From an archaeon (lineage in GTDB: Archaea; Iainarchaeota; Iainarchaeia; Iainarchaeales; 1-14-0-10-31-34), in contig JAJRVL010000011.1 of NCBI GenBank assembly GCA_024277355.1, positions 30,001 through 62,000 of the forward strand: a stretch of DNA of 32,000 bases. The letters are read 5' to 3'. The position numbers were made by a program, and so were the translations under genes. The notes beneath the pieces are model-generated. The model had not been told where the DNA came from and did no database searches. It saw nothing but the letters and a program-made list of their open reading frames with translations. Positions 8,422-17,714 of the stretch are shown piece by piece (position 1 is the stretch's first letter; each line of letters starts with the position of its first letter).

Positions 8422-11121
8422 ATGGAAACAGACCACATAAAAATTGCCGAAAAATGGCAGGAAAAATGGAAAAAAGAAAAAATTTTTGAAGTTAAATCTG
8501 ACTTAAAGAAAAAAAAATATTATGTTTTAGAAATGTTTCCATATCCTTCAGGAAAACTGCATATGGGGCACGTAAGAAATTACTCTATTGGAGATTCTTT
8601 AGCCAGATTTAAGAGAATGCAGGGATTTAATGTTTTATATCCTACTGGTTATGATGCTTTAGGTTTGCCTGCAGAAAATGCCGCAATAAAAGGCAGAGTT
8701 AACCCAAAAAAATGGACTTATGAAAAAATAAACGAAATGAAATCACAGCAAGAAATGCTTGGGTTTAGCTATGATTGGAATAGAAGTTTTGCTACAGCCG
8801 ATACTGATTATTATAAATGGAATCAATGGTTATTCAGAGAATTTTATAAAAAAGGTTTAGCATACAAAAAAAAATCAAATGTAAATTGGTGTGATGACTG
8901 CGGAACAGTTTTGGCAAATGAACAAGTAATTAATGGAAACTGCTGGAGATGTAAAAATCAAGTTATTGAAAAAGAATTAGACCAATGGTTTTTGAAAATC
9001 ACAGAGTATGCAGACGAATTGCTTGAAGATTTAAGTAAGCTAAAATACTGGCCTGAAAGAGTTAAATTAATGCAAAAAAACTGGATTGGAAAAAGTCATG
9101 GAATAAATATTTTATTTAAAGTCAAAGATACAGAATTTGTTTTGCCTGCTTTTACTACAAGATGCGATACTTTGTTTAGTGTGACTTTTGTTGTTATGGC
9201 CCCTGAAAGCCCTTGGGTTGAAAAATTAGTTAAAGGAACAAAATATGAAGAAAAAATAAAAAAAATAATTGATGAAATAAAAAAACAAACAATAATTGAA
9301 AGGACAAGTGAAACAGGAAAAGATAAGATTGGGTGTTTTACAGGAAAATATGCAGTTAACCCTGCAAATGGAGAAGAAATTCCAATTTGGATTGCAAATT
9401 TTGCTGTTGGTTCTTATGGAACAGGAATAGTAATGGCTGATGCTCATGACAAAAGAGACTTTGAATTTGCAAATAAATATGAAATTCCATTAAAATTTGT
9501 TATTTCAAAAGATGGAAAAAAAACTGATGCAGGCAAAGCAAAACAAGCTTATACAGAAAACGGAATTTTATTTAATTCAGGAAAATTTTCAGGAATGCAG
9601 AATTTAGAAGCATTACCAAAAATAGCTGACTGGCTTGAAGAAACAAAAGGCGGAAAAAAAACAGTTAATTACAAGTTAAGAGACTGGTTAATTTCAAGGC
9701 AGAGGTTTTGGGGAACTCCAATTCCAATAGTTTACTGTAATAAATGCGGAATACAATTAGTTCCTGAAAAAGAGCTTCCAGTTAAATTGCCTGAAAACGC
9801 TGAATTTACTGGAAAAGGAAATCCTCTTGACAAAGTAAAAGAATTTGTTGAAACAAACTGTCCTAAATGCAAAGGAAAAGCCAAAAGAGAAACAGACACA
9901 ATGGATACTTTTTTTGATTCAAGCTGGTATTATTTAAGATATTGTTCACCTAAATCAGACAAAATATTTGACAAAGAAGCAGATTACTGGATGCCTGTAG
10001 ACCAATATATTGGAGGCATTGAACATGCAATACTTCATTTAATGTATGCAAGATTTTTTACTAAAGCAATAAAAGACTTAAAATTACTTAAAATAAATGA
10101 ACCATTTAAAAGATTATTAACGCAGGGAATGGTGTTAAAAGACGGAAAAGCAATGAGTAAAAGTTTAGGAAATGTAGTTGATCCTGGAGAAATAATAACT
10201 AAGTTTGGAGCAGATACTGCAAGAGTATTTATTTTATCTGTAAGCAATCCTGAAAGCGAAATGGAATGGGATGACAAAGGAACTGAAAACATCTATAAAT
10301 TTTTAAATAAAATTTATTCACTTACAGAAGACAATAAAGAAAAAATAAATAAAAAAGAAGAAAAAAAAATTCAATTAAATTCAAAGACAAAGCTTTTGCA
10401 GTCAAAAATTCAAAGAATTATAAAAAACACAACTAACTTTTTAGAAAAACTGGAAATGAATAAGGCTGTAGCAGAATTAATGAAATTAACAAACGAATTA
10501 CATAAATTTAACGAAAAAGAAAGCAAAGTTTTTTCTGACGGAGTTAAAGCATTAATTTTAATGCTAAATCCTTTTGCCCCGCATTTAAGCGAAGAATTAT
10601 GGGAAAAAATTAATGAAAAAAGTTTTTCAAGTTTAGAAAAATGGCCTGAATTTGATTTAAAGAAAATTAATTTAACTGCAGAACAACAGGAAGAATTTGC
10701 TGAAAACTTAAGAGAAGACATAATCCAAATAAAAGAATTAGTAAAAAAAGACAAAATTGAAAGAATGAAAATTTTTATTGCTCCTGAATGGAAATGGAGT
10801 TTATATAAAAAATTATTTAAAGAAAAAGAAAAAACAAAAAATAAAAGAATTGAGTTTGGTTTAGCAATGAAAAAAGCAATGGAAACAGAAGAAGGAAAAA
10901 AGCATGCAAAAGAAATTAAAGGTTTTGTTCAGGTTTCAGTTAAGAAATTAAATGAAGCACAGGAATTAACCGAAATAAATGAAGAAAAAACATTAAATGA
11001 AAATATTGAAGAATTAAAAAAAGAGTTTAACACAGAAATTGAATTAATTAAAGCAGAAAAAAGTTCAGAAAAAAAAGCAGGAAATGCTTTTCCATTAAAG
11101 CCGGCTATACTAATTGAGTGA
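8422..11121 (+). CDS. leuS: Leucyl-tRNA synthetase
   Basis: HIGH motif [20 protein letters not shown] motif [14 protein letters not shown], zinc-knuckle [24 protein letters not shown], editing-domain motif FTTRCDTLF, and [16 protein letters not shown]. Confidence 0.95.
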   Translation: METDHIKIAEKWQEKWKKEKIFEVKSDLKKKKYYVLEMFPYPSGKLHMGHVRNYSIGDSLARFKRMQGFNVLYPTGYDALGLPAENAAIKGRVNPKKWTYEKINEMKSQQEMLGFSYDWNRSFATADTDYYKWNQWLFREFYKKGLAYKKKSNVNWCDDCGTVLANEQVINGNCWRCKNQVIEKELDQWFLKITEYADELLEDLSKLKYWPERVKLMQKNWIGKSHGINILFKVKDTEFVLPAFTTRCDTLFSVTFVVMAPESPWVEKLVKGTKYEEKIKKIIDEIKKQTIIERTSETGKDKIGCFTGKYAVNPANGEEIPIWIANFAVGSYGTGIVMADAHDKRDFEFANKYEIPLKFVISKDGKKTDAGKAKQAYTENGILFNSGKFSGMQNLEALPKIADWLEETKGGKKTVNYKLRDWLISRQRFWGTPIPIVYCNKCGIQLVPEKELPVKLPENAEFTGKGNPLDKVKEFVETNCPKCKGKAKRETDTMDTFFDSSWYYLRYCSPKSDKIFDKEADYWMPVDQYIGGIEHAILHLMYARFFTKAIKDLKLLKINEPFKRLLTQGMVLKDGKAMSKSLGNVVDPGEIITKFGADTARVFILSVSNPESEMEWDDKGTENIYKFLNKIYSLTEDNKEKINKKEEKKIQLNSKTKLLQSKIQRIIKNTTNFLEKLEMNKAVAELMKLTNELHKFNEKESKVFSDGVKALILMLNPFAPHLSEELWEKINEKSFSSLEKWPEFDLKKINLTAEQQEEFAENLREDIIQIKELVKKDKIERMKIFIAPEWKWSLYKKLFKEKEKTKNKRIEFGLAMKKAMETEEGKKHAKEIKGFVQVSVKKLNEAQELTEINEEKTLNENIEELKKEFNTEIELIKAEKSSEKKAGNAFPLKPAILIE

Positions 11122-11191
11122 TTTTTCTAAATAAATGAGTTGAATTAAAAAACTTTCTTGTATTAATATTAGTCTGTTTAAGTGATTTCAA

Positions 11192-11680
11192 ATGATTTGT
11201 TTTATTGCATTAATTGTTTTTGCGATTTTGGGAATTTTTTCTGCTAAATACAGAGAATATGCTAAAGAAGCATTTGACTGTGTTTTTAGAAGAGTTACCT
11301 TAAGAAAATGCAATACTGCTTTTGATAAAAAAATGAAAATGAAGTTAACAGGGAAACTAATGAAAATAAGTCCTAAAGCAGGAGGAACTGTATTTAAGCA
11401 CTTTGAATTAATTTCATGGTTTTTTACTTTGCTTACAATAATAAGTTTTGTCTATGCCGCAGCAGGAGTATATAACTTTGTAGTATATGATAACTGTGAA
11501 GGGCCAAATGCAACTGCCAGTTGTATTTACTCTGAATTAACCGGAAGTGCTGAAACTGTTTCCTGCGGTTCACAGCATTGTGCTGATACAGGATGCAATT
11601 GCGATGCAGGATGCGATGAAAGCAATAATTTTGCTGAATGTGATGGGAACTGTGATTGTGTTAAAGAGGTTTGCGGCTAA
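11192..11680 (+). CDS. Membrane protein with Cys-rich C-terminal domain
   Basis: Two hydrophobic helices (MICFIALIVFAILGIF; LISWFFTLLTIISFVYAAAGV) are followed by CGSQHCADTGCNCDAGCDESNNFAECDGNCDCVKEVCG. The stop abuts the next ATG (TAAATG). Confidence 0.55.
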   Translation: MICFIALIVFAILGIFSAKYREYAKEAFDCVFRRVTLRKCNTAFDKKMKMKLTGKLMKISPKAGGTVFKHFELISWFFTLLTIISFVYAAAGVYNFVVYDNCEGPNATASCIYSELTGSAETVSCGSQHCADTGCNCDAGCDESNNFAECDGNCDCVKEVCG

Positions 11681-11905
11681 ATGTGTGTTAATATTCCTGC
11701 TTTAATTGAAAAAGACGGAAAAATCGCAGAAGTCAAAATAGGCAAAAAAACAATTAAAGTATTTAATTTTATTAAAGCAAAAAAAGGCGATTATGTTTAT
11801 CTAAACGGCAGCTCAATTGTTGAATTAATTGAAAAAGGAACAGAAAAAGAAATAATTAAAGCTTATTCTTTGAAAAGAAAAAAAAAGAAAAAATTACTTA
11901 ATTGA
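11681..11905 (+). CDS. HypC/HupF-family-like small protein
   Basis: 74 aa. N-terminal MCVNIPALI matches the invariant MC...P of HypC/HybG/HupF. DGKIAEVKIG..., V spacing and GDYVYLNGSSIV parallel DG..A.V..G......V and GDYVLVHAGFAI. The His of the usual VH.G is Asn here. Confidence 0.55.
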   Translation: MCVNIPALIEKDGKIAEVKIGKKTIKVFNFIKAKKGDYVYLNGSSIVELIEKGTEKEIIKAYSLKRKKKKKLLN

Positions 11906-12619
11906 ATTTACAAAGTTAATTGAATTTTCAGTGAATTTTTTTAGAGAATTAAACTGCTGAATGTTTATTGGCGTACAAAAAACATTCCAATGAAAAGCAA
12001 TTAAACTTCCTTTAGTAATTTTTTGGTTCCATTCAGGAAAAAAAGAAATTTCCTTTACAATTTCTTCTCCTAAAAAAAGCTTGTTGTTAACTGAAACAAC
12101 AGGATAATATTCAACCAGTAATTTTTTTGTTTCTTTGTTTTCCTGCAGAACTTTTCCAAAAGAAATTTTACAGGAATCCATAAAATCAATTGTTCCTTTA
12201 GTTTTATCAGTTAAAGAATGAAATAAAAAAACATGAAAAGAATGATGCAAATCAGTTTTTTCAGGAAGAACTGAAATTAATTCTTCTGCAGCTTCTTTAT
12301 TTAAGTAATTTGAATTAACAAGAGAAAAATAAATTTCTTCTAATTCTTTTTTTTTAAGGTCTTTAATTAAGTTATTCCCTATCCAATAACCTTCAACTAT
12401 TTTTTCATCTAAAAAATCACAAGAATTCTTTCTGGCTAAAAGAGAAAGATAAGGAAAAGCCATTTCAAAAGAAGGAATTTTTTTTCTGATTGAATTTTCA
12501 AGAGAATTATTGCCGGATAAAAACGCATTAATTAAAGAAGGAAGTTCTTTGCTTCCGCAGTAATGCAGATTATTTGGAGGAAAAGCAAACTTACAGAAAA
12601 GCCTTAATCCATCAATCAT
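11894..12619 (-). CDS. Hypothetical protein (Cys/His-containing), last gene of the gap-pgk operon
   Basis: 241-aa ORF overlapping the upstream EamA gene by 8 nt. Notable motifs are FPPNNLHYCGS and HHSFHVFLFHS. I do not recognise a family. Confidence 0.5.
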   Translation of the reverse strand: MIDGLRLFCKFAFPPNNLHYCGSKELPSLINAFLSGNNSLENSIRKKIPSFEMAFPYLSLLARKNSCDFLDEKIVEGYWIGNNLIKDLKKKELEEIYFSLVNSNYLNKEAAEELISVLPEKTDLHHSFHVFLFHSLTDKTKGTIDFMDSCKISFGKVLQENKETKKLLVEYYPVVSVNNKLFLGEEIVKEISFFPEWNQKITKGSLIAFHWNVFCTPINIQQFNSLKKFTENSINFVNSIK

Positions 12620-13517
12620 TTCTTACACTAAAAAACTTTTTCAAAAAGAAAAAATGTTTTTCCTTAGAAATTATCAGCAAAAGTCCTGCAAACATAAAAA
12701 AATAACCAAGCAACTGCATTGGAACTAAAGGACTTGATTTAAAAAAGAAATTAAGCAAAGCAGTTATTGGAAGGCCCAACAACAAAATGCTTACTGCAGT
12801 TGAAGCAGGAATTTTTGATAAACCATTATACCAGGTTAAAACATAACCTAAAAGAAATAAAGAAGTTATTCCAATCCAAAAAAAGTTTTCTAAAGTAAGG
12901 GAAAACAAAAAAGAAGTTTTTCCGCTGAATAAAATATAAATTAAAATAAATAAAGAACCAAAAAACATTCTTCCAAAAGCAACTGCATTAGGTTTAATTG
13001 AATTCATTAAATGCTTTGAATAAGTGTTTTCAATACTCCAGAATAAAACTGCAATTAAAATCATTAAGTCAGCTGAAGCAAAAGAAGTTATTTTTAATCC
13101 AAAAAGCAGGAAAACTGAAGCAAAAAGCAATAACGCACCAACAATAAACTTGGCATTTATTTTTTCTTTTAAGAAAATTACTGCTAAAACAGTTACAAAC
13201 AAAAACATGCTTTTATGAATAAACGCAGAATTAATGGAAGTAGTTGATTTTAATGCATTAAAAAACAAAACAAAAGGAATACTCCCTCCAACAAAACCAA
13301 CTGCAATTAACTGCAAAAAATTCTTTTTTGTTAACTGCTTTAAATAATTAAATTCTTTAAATAAGACAATTAATGAAAACAAAAAAAGTCCCACAACTAA
13401 GTTTTTTAAAAAAGTAAAAACAGTTGCATCAAGCGGTTTAACTGCAAAAGAATTAACAAAAATTGAAATGCCTGAAATTAAAGCAGTTAATAATACAAGC
13501 TGAATTCCTTTATTCAT
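12612..13517 (-). CDS. EamA/DMT-superfamily transporter
   Basis: 301 aa with about 10 predicted TM helices in two similar halves, typical of EamA-domain permeases. It overlaps the pgk stop by 4 nt. Confidence 0.7.
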   Translation of the reverse strand: MNKGIQLVLLTALISGISIFVNSFAVKPLDATVFTFLKNLVVGLFLFSLIVLFKEFNYLKQLTKKNFLQLIAVGFVGGSIPFVLFFNALKSTTSINSAFIHKSMFLFVTVLAVIFLKEKINAKFIVGALLLFASVFLLFGLKITSFASADLMILIAVLFWSIENTYSKHLMNSIKPNAVAFGRMFFGSLFILIYILFSGKTSFLFSLTLENFFWIGITSLFLLGYVLTWYNGLSKIPASTAVSILLLGLPITALLNFFFKSSPLVPMQLLGYFFMFAGLLLIISKEKHFFFLKKFFSVRND

Positions 13518-14746
13518 GAAAAGAAAAAAAGAACAAAATTTATGTAAAGAGTCAGCTTTGATTGTTTTAATGCTTCAATAGCAATTAATTTTTTTCCTGA
13601 AAGGAATTTTAATGACGCTTTTCCGCTTAAAGAAACAAAAGAAAAATCTTCTTTAGAAAAACCAAGAGAAGATAAAGCAGTTTCAGTATCTCCTCCTCCT
13701 AAAAAAGTAAAACCTGAATTTTCTTTCATTGCCTGTAAAATTTCTTTTGTGCCTTTAGAAAATTCTTTTTCTTCAAAGACTCCTAAAGGACCATTAAATA
13801 CAATTAATTTTGCTTTGGAAATTTCTTCAGAGAAATCCTTTATTGCATTTTCACCTAAATCTTTTGAAATAAAGTCCGCAGGCAAATCAAAAACATTAAT
13901 ATTAGTTCTTTTTCCATTTTCATCTAAAGCAAAATCTTTTGGAAAAAATATTTTTTCAGAAAACGGTTCATAAATTTCTTTTATTTCCGGAATCAAAGAA
14001 AGAAAACCTTTTTCTTCAAAAAACTTTTGTTTTTTGCCAAAATCATAACCTAAAGAAACAATAATTAATTCTCCTAATAATCCTCCGGCTAAAACTTTGT
14101 CTGTTTTGTTTTCTTTTAAGAAAAAAGCCATAGTTTTAAGTGAATCTTCAGGTTTAGCTCCTCCAAGAATTAATAATTTTGGTTTTTCTTTTGAGTTTAA
14201 CACTTTTTCAATATTAATTATTTCTGACTCTAATACTTTTCCCATAAAAGAAGGCATTAAAGGAATAAAACCTACAACTGTCGCATGGCTTCTATGGCTT
14301 ACACTAAATGCATCTAAAACAAATAAATCAGCTGAATCAGCTAAATTTTTTATTATTTCATTTTCAGAATGTTCTTTAGGAGTTTTTTCTTCTGATTCAA
14401 AATCAAGAAACCTTGTATTTTCCATTAAAAGAATTTCTTCTTCTTTTAAAGAAAAAATTTTTTCTTTAAAGTTTTCTTTCCATAAAGAAAACTGAATTTT
14501 TTTTCCAGTTAATTTTTCCAGTTCAGGCAAATGATTTTTTAATGAAACAAAATCTGGTTTCCCTTTTCTTCCTTGGTGAGATAAAACAACAATTTTTGCT
14601 TTTTTAGAAGAAAAAAAAGAAATTGTTTTTGCATGCTCTTTTAACCTTGCAGAAACAACCGGTTTTCCTTCCTGAATATTTGAATTTAAATCTACTCTTA
14701 ACAAAATGGTTTTGCCTGAAATGTTTTCGGGAACTGGTTTAAGCAA
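13514..14746 (-). CDS. pgk: Phosphoglycerate kinase (archaeal type)
   Basis: GKTILLRVDLNS, VVLSHQGRKGKPDF, VLDAFSVSHRSHATVVGF, LILGGAKPEDSL, NGPLGVFEEKEF and FLGGGDT are colinear with archaeal PGKs. The TTG start lies 2 nt after the gap stop. Confidence 0.9.
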   Translation of the reverse strand: MLKPVPENISGKTILLRVDLNSNIQEGKPVVSARLKEHAKTISFFSSKKAKIVVLSHQGRKGKPDFVSLKNHLPELEKLTGKKIQFSLWKENFKEKIFSLKEEEILLMENTRFLDFESEEKTPKEHSENEIIKNLADSADLFVLDAFSVSHRSHATVVGFIPLMPSFMGKVLESEIINIEKVLNSKEKPKLLILGGAKPEDSLKTMAFFLKENKTDKVLAGGLLGELIIVSLGYDFGKKQKFFEEKGFLSLIPEIKEIYEPFSEKIFFPKDFALDENGKRTNINVFDLPADFISKDLGENAIKDFSEEISKAKLIVFNGPLGVFEEKEFSKGTKEILQAMKENSGFTFLGGGDTETALSSLGFSKEDFSFVSLSGKASLKFLSGKKLIAIEALKQSKLTLYINFVLFFFS

Positions 14747-14748
14747 TA

Positions 14749-15735
14749 TTACACCTTTTTAATTAAATCAAGCAATCTTGCAGAATAACCCCATTCATTG
14801 TCATACCAGGACATAACTCTAACCATATTTTTGTTTACTACCTGAGTTAAATCTGAATCAACAATACTTGAATGAGAATTTCCTAAAATATCATGAGAAA
14901 CAATTGGAGCAGTAGAATATTCCAGAATTCCTTTCAGATAAGTTTCAGATGCTTTTTTAAATGCAGCATTAACTTCTTCTTTTGTTGTTTCTTTTTTAAC
15001 TAAACAAACAAAATCAGTCATTGAACCATTTGGAACAGGAACTCTTAATGAAACTCCGTCCATTTTTCCTGCTAATATAGGCAAAACTTTTCCTGCTGCT
15101 TTAGTTGCTCCAGTGGTAGTTGGAATAATCGATAAAGAAGCAGCTCTTGCTCTTCTTAAATCTTTATGGGCAAAATCTAATAATCTTTGGTCATTAGTAT
15201 AAGCATGAATTGTATTCATCATTCCTGAAACAATGCCAAATTCTTTTTCTAATACTGCAGCTACAGGAGCTAAACAATTTGTTGTACAAGAAGCATTAGA
15301 ATAAGTGTTTTTGTCTTTGGCAATTTTTTCGTCATTTACTCCAAAAACAACTGTTGCATCAACATCATCTGATGGAGCTGAAACAATTACTTTTTTTGCG
15401 CCTGCGTTTAAATGCTGATTAAAGTCTTCTTTTTTCCTGAATCTTCCGGTGCATTCTAATACTACATCAATATTTAATTCTTTCCAGGGAAGTTTTTCAG
15501 GATCTGCTATTGCAAAAGATTTAATGTTTCTTTTTCCAATTACAATACTTTCATCAGTAAAAGAAACTTCTTCTGGATAAACACCATAAACTGAATCATA
15601 TTTGAATAAATGAGCTAAAGTTTTATTATCAGTTAAGTCATTTATTGCAACCCATTCAATATCATTTCTTTTTAGTCCTTCTCTTAAGACAACTCTTCCA
15701 ATTCTTCCAAAACCATTTATTGCAACTCTAATCAT
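14749..15735 (-). CDS. gap: Glyceraldehyde-3-phosphate dehydrogenase, type I (bacterial/eukaryotic class)
   Basis: MIRVAINGFGRIGR (Rossmann), SNASCTTNCLAP (catalytic Cys) and WYDNEWGYS are hallmarks of class I GAPDH. Confidence 0.92.
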   Translation of the reverse strand: MIRVAINGFGRIGRVVLREGLKRNDIEWVAINDLTDNKTLAHLFKYDSVYGVYPEEVSFTDESIVIGKRNIKSFAIADPEKLPWKELNIDVVLECTGRFRKKEDFNQHLNAGAKKVIVSAPSDDVDATVVFGVNDEKIAKDKNTYSNASCTTNCLAPVAAVLEKEFGIVSGMMNTIHAYTNDQRLLDFAHKDLRRARAASLSIIPTTTGATKAAGKVLPILAGKMDGVSLRVPVPNGSMTDFVCLVKKETTKEEVNAAFKKASETYLKGILEYSTAPIVSHDILGNSHSSIVDSDLTQVVNKNMVRVMSWYDNEWGYSARLLDLIKKV

Positions 15736-15917
15736 TTAAAGCCCCCTAAACAAAAATAATTCTTTAATTCACTTTTTTTAACCCTTTTTTCTTTTGGGCA
15801 ACTTGCACTTTTCTTTTTCGGAAAAAAGAAAAGGACAGATTCATAAAAATTGTGAACAATAAGAAAATTAAAGAATAAGTGTTTAAAAACAAAAGGAAGG
15901 TGCTACATAATAAATAT

Positions 15918-16826
15918 TTATTCTGCGAATTGCTCGTATTCTTCTGAATTAAACCTGTATAAAAATCGCTTGATTTTTGAATTTTTAAAAGAATATTTTT
16001 CTATTACTTTTTCTTTTTTTCCTGAGAATTCCTCAAAAGGTGTTTTTTGTGAGGGGTCAAACAAATAAAAATTATTTTTGTATTCTGTAATTACAAAAGT
16101 ATGAGTAGATAAATTTTCCAGTTCTGCTACAACAACAAAAGCTTTTTCATCTCCTAAAGCATAAAGCAAAGTACATAAAAAAACCGCAATGTCTTCATCA
16201 TCTGCAATTTTATGTCTTAATATTTCTGAAGGAGCCATCCAATAATTGATTTTTAAATTTGATTCAACAAAAGAAATTTCTTTTACAACAAAGTCAAACG
16301 CTTCTTTTGCAATAGTTAAATAATTTTTTTCAAAAGAATAATCAGAAGAAATTAATTCAGCTAAAATTGCCTGAATGCTTAAATCATCAGGATCAATTAA
16401 TCCTTTGATTTCTCCAATAGTTTTCTCTTCTTTTTCATTTATTATTTCAGTGTATTTTTCAAGCAAAAAAGAATAAAGCTTGAATTTAAGTTCTTTTTCT
16501 TTTTGTTTGTAATCTATTTCTGAAACTGATCCTAAAGCCTGCCTTAATTTAGAATATTTTTCATATAAATCATTGTATTGAGATTGTTTTTTTGCTAATT
16601 CTAATTCAAAAACAGCAGTTGATTTTTTTGGTTTAGGAAACTGAATTTCATTTAACTTTAATTTTAATTTAGCTAATTTAACTTCAAGTTCAGGTTTAGA
16701 TAAATCATCTGCTTTTTTCAAAGAAGATTCTAATTCTTCAATTTTTTTCCATAATTCCTGTTCTTCTATTGCCTTTGATTTAACTGGGAACATTAAATAA
16801 AAGCCCACAGAGAATGATTTAAACAT
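15918..16826 (-). CDS. Coiled-coil protein with C-terminal transglutaminase-like (Cys-His-Asp) core
   Basis: The N-terminal half is heptad-like and Lys/Glu-rich. The C-terminal DIAVFLCTLLYALGDEKAFVVVAELENLSTHTFVITEYKNNFYLFDPS has the C...H...D order and spacing of transglutaminase-like cysteine peptidase cores. The start is uncertain (M1 or M12). Confidence 0.45.
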   Translation of the reverse strand: MFKSFSVGFYLMFPVKSKAIEEQELWKKIEELESSLKKADDLSKPELEVKLAKLKLKLNEIQFPKPKKSTAVFELELAKKQSQYNDLYEKYSKLRQALGSVSEIDYKQKEKELKFKLYSFLLEKYTEIINEKEEKTIGEIKGLIDPDDLSIQAILAELISSDYSFEKNYLTIAKEAFDFVVKEISFVESNLKINYWMAPSEILRHKIADDEDIAVFLCTLLYALGDEKAFVVVAELENLSTHTFVITEYKNNFYLFDPSQKTPFEEFSGKKEKVIEKYSFKNSKIKRFLYRFNSEEYEQFAE

Positions 16827-16896
16827 AACGAAAAGCGAGAAAATTCGTTGATTGACGAAAACGGGCTTTAATTGGCGCGGTTTGCTTTTTTAGCTG

Positions 16897-16911
16897 AAAA
16901 GGTTTTTATTA
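16897..16911 (+). promoter_or_regulatory. BRE/TATA-like box of the pilus operon (AAAAGGTTTTTATTA)
   Basis: It lies 37-51 nt upstream of the TTG at 16948, leaving a short leader that contains GGTGA (16939-16943). The BRE-like AAAAGG is the same as at 2214-2228. Confidence 0.5.
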
Positions 16912-16947
16912 GACAAGTGTGTTCTATTAAAGTAAAATGGTGATTTT

Positions 16948-17346
16948 TTGAAGGGACAAATTTCAATTGAATATCTTACTTTAACTGCAATTGTTCTCCT
17001 TATTGTAGGAGTAATGTTTGTTTTTGCAATAACAACTGTAAATGAAAACGCAAGACTTAATTCAGCTTATTATGCTACAAGAGAATTAGCTAATGCAGCA
17101 GATGAAGTAAGTACTAGAAATGGAAGCACTATTGTGGTTGAAATTGAACTGCCTTCAGATGTAACTTCTTTTTCAACTTTTGGGACAGACATTACAATTG
17201 AAATGACGTCTCTTTTAAATTCATTTCAGGTTTTTGATTCAAGCAAGGCATCATTACAGCCGACAAATTTTTCCACTTCAGAAGGAACTCATTTTATTGC
17301 AGTGAATTCAACTGATTCAAATATCACTTTTACTGAACTTAATTAA
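16948..17346 (+). CDS. Type IV pilin-like protein with class III signal peptide (DUF361/Epd type)
   Basis: N-terminus MKG|QISIEYLTLTAIVLLIVGVMFVFAI has a short basic leader, a Gly at -1, the QxSxEYLxL motif and a hydrophobic helix. TTG start with GGTGA at 16939-16943. Confidence 0.8.
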   Translation: MKGQISIEYLTLTAIVLLIVGVMFVFAITTVNENARLNSAYYATRELANAADEVSTRNGSTIVVEIELPSDVTSFSTFGTDITIEMTSLLNSFQVFDSSKASLQPTNFSTSEGTHFIAVNSTDSNITFTELN

Positions 17347-17357
17347 AGGGATTATAA

Positions 17358-17714
17358 ATGAAAGGGCAGGTTTCAATGGAAGTAATTATTGGAGCAATAA
17401 TTTTATTGCTTGTATTGGTTTTTATCTGGATTTACAGTATTCAAACAAATGAAGGAATTGATGCATTAAAAAATTCAGTTGAATCAAAATCTTACTGCAG
17501 AGAAATTGCAGATACAATTAGTTCAGTTTATGCTTCAGGAACAAAAACTACAATAGAATTTTATTCAGAAAAAGACTTTAATTTAAGCAATGGAATGGTT
17601 GATGTTAATGGTTTTCTCTGCAGTTATTATGCTGAAGCAGAAGAAAAATTTATAGCAAAAGGAAACATAAGAATAAAAGATTTGAACGGGGTTGTCGTGA
17701 TTGAAAATATTTAA
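17358..17714 (+). CDS. Type IV pilin-like protein with class III signal peptide
   Basis: N-terminus MKG|QVSMEVIIGAIILLLVLVFIWIY. It starts 11 nt after the previous pilin gene. Confidence 0.75.
   Translation: MKGQVSMEVIIGAIILLLVLVFIWIYSIQTNEGIDALKNSVESKSYCREIADTISSVYASGTKTTIEFYSEKDFNLSNGMVDVNGFLCSYYAEAEEKFIAKGNIRIKDLNGVVVIENI

Noticed and set aside
9226-10754. Minus-strand ORFs 9226-9447, 10035-10292 and 10410-10754
   Set aside because: They are antisense within leuS, and no family resemblance is visible.
13024-14495. Plus-strand ORFs 13024-13218, 13749-13973 and 14097-14495
   Set aside because: They are antisense to the confidently identified EamA transporter and pgk genes, and they are compositional artefacts.
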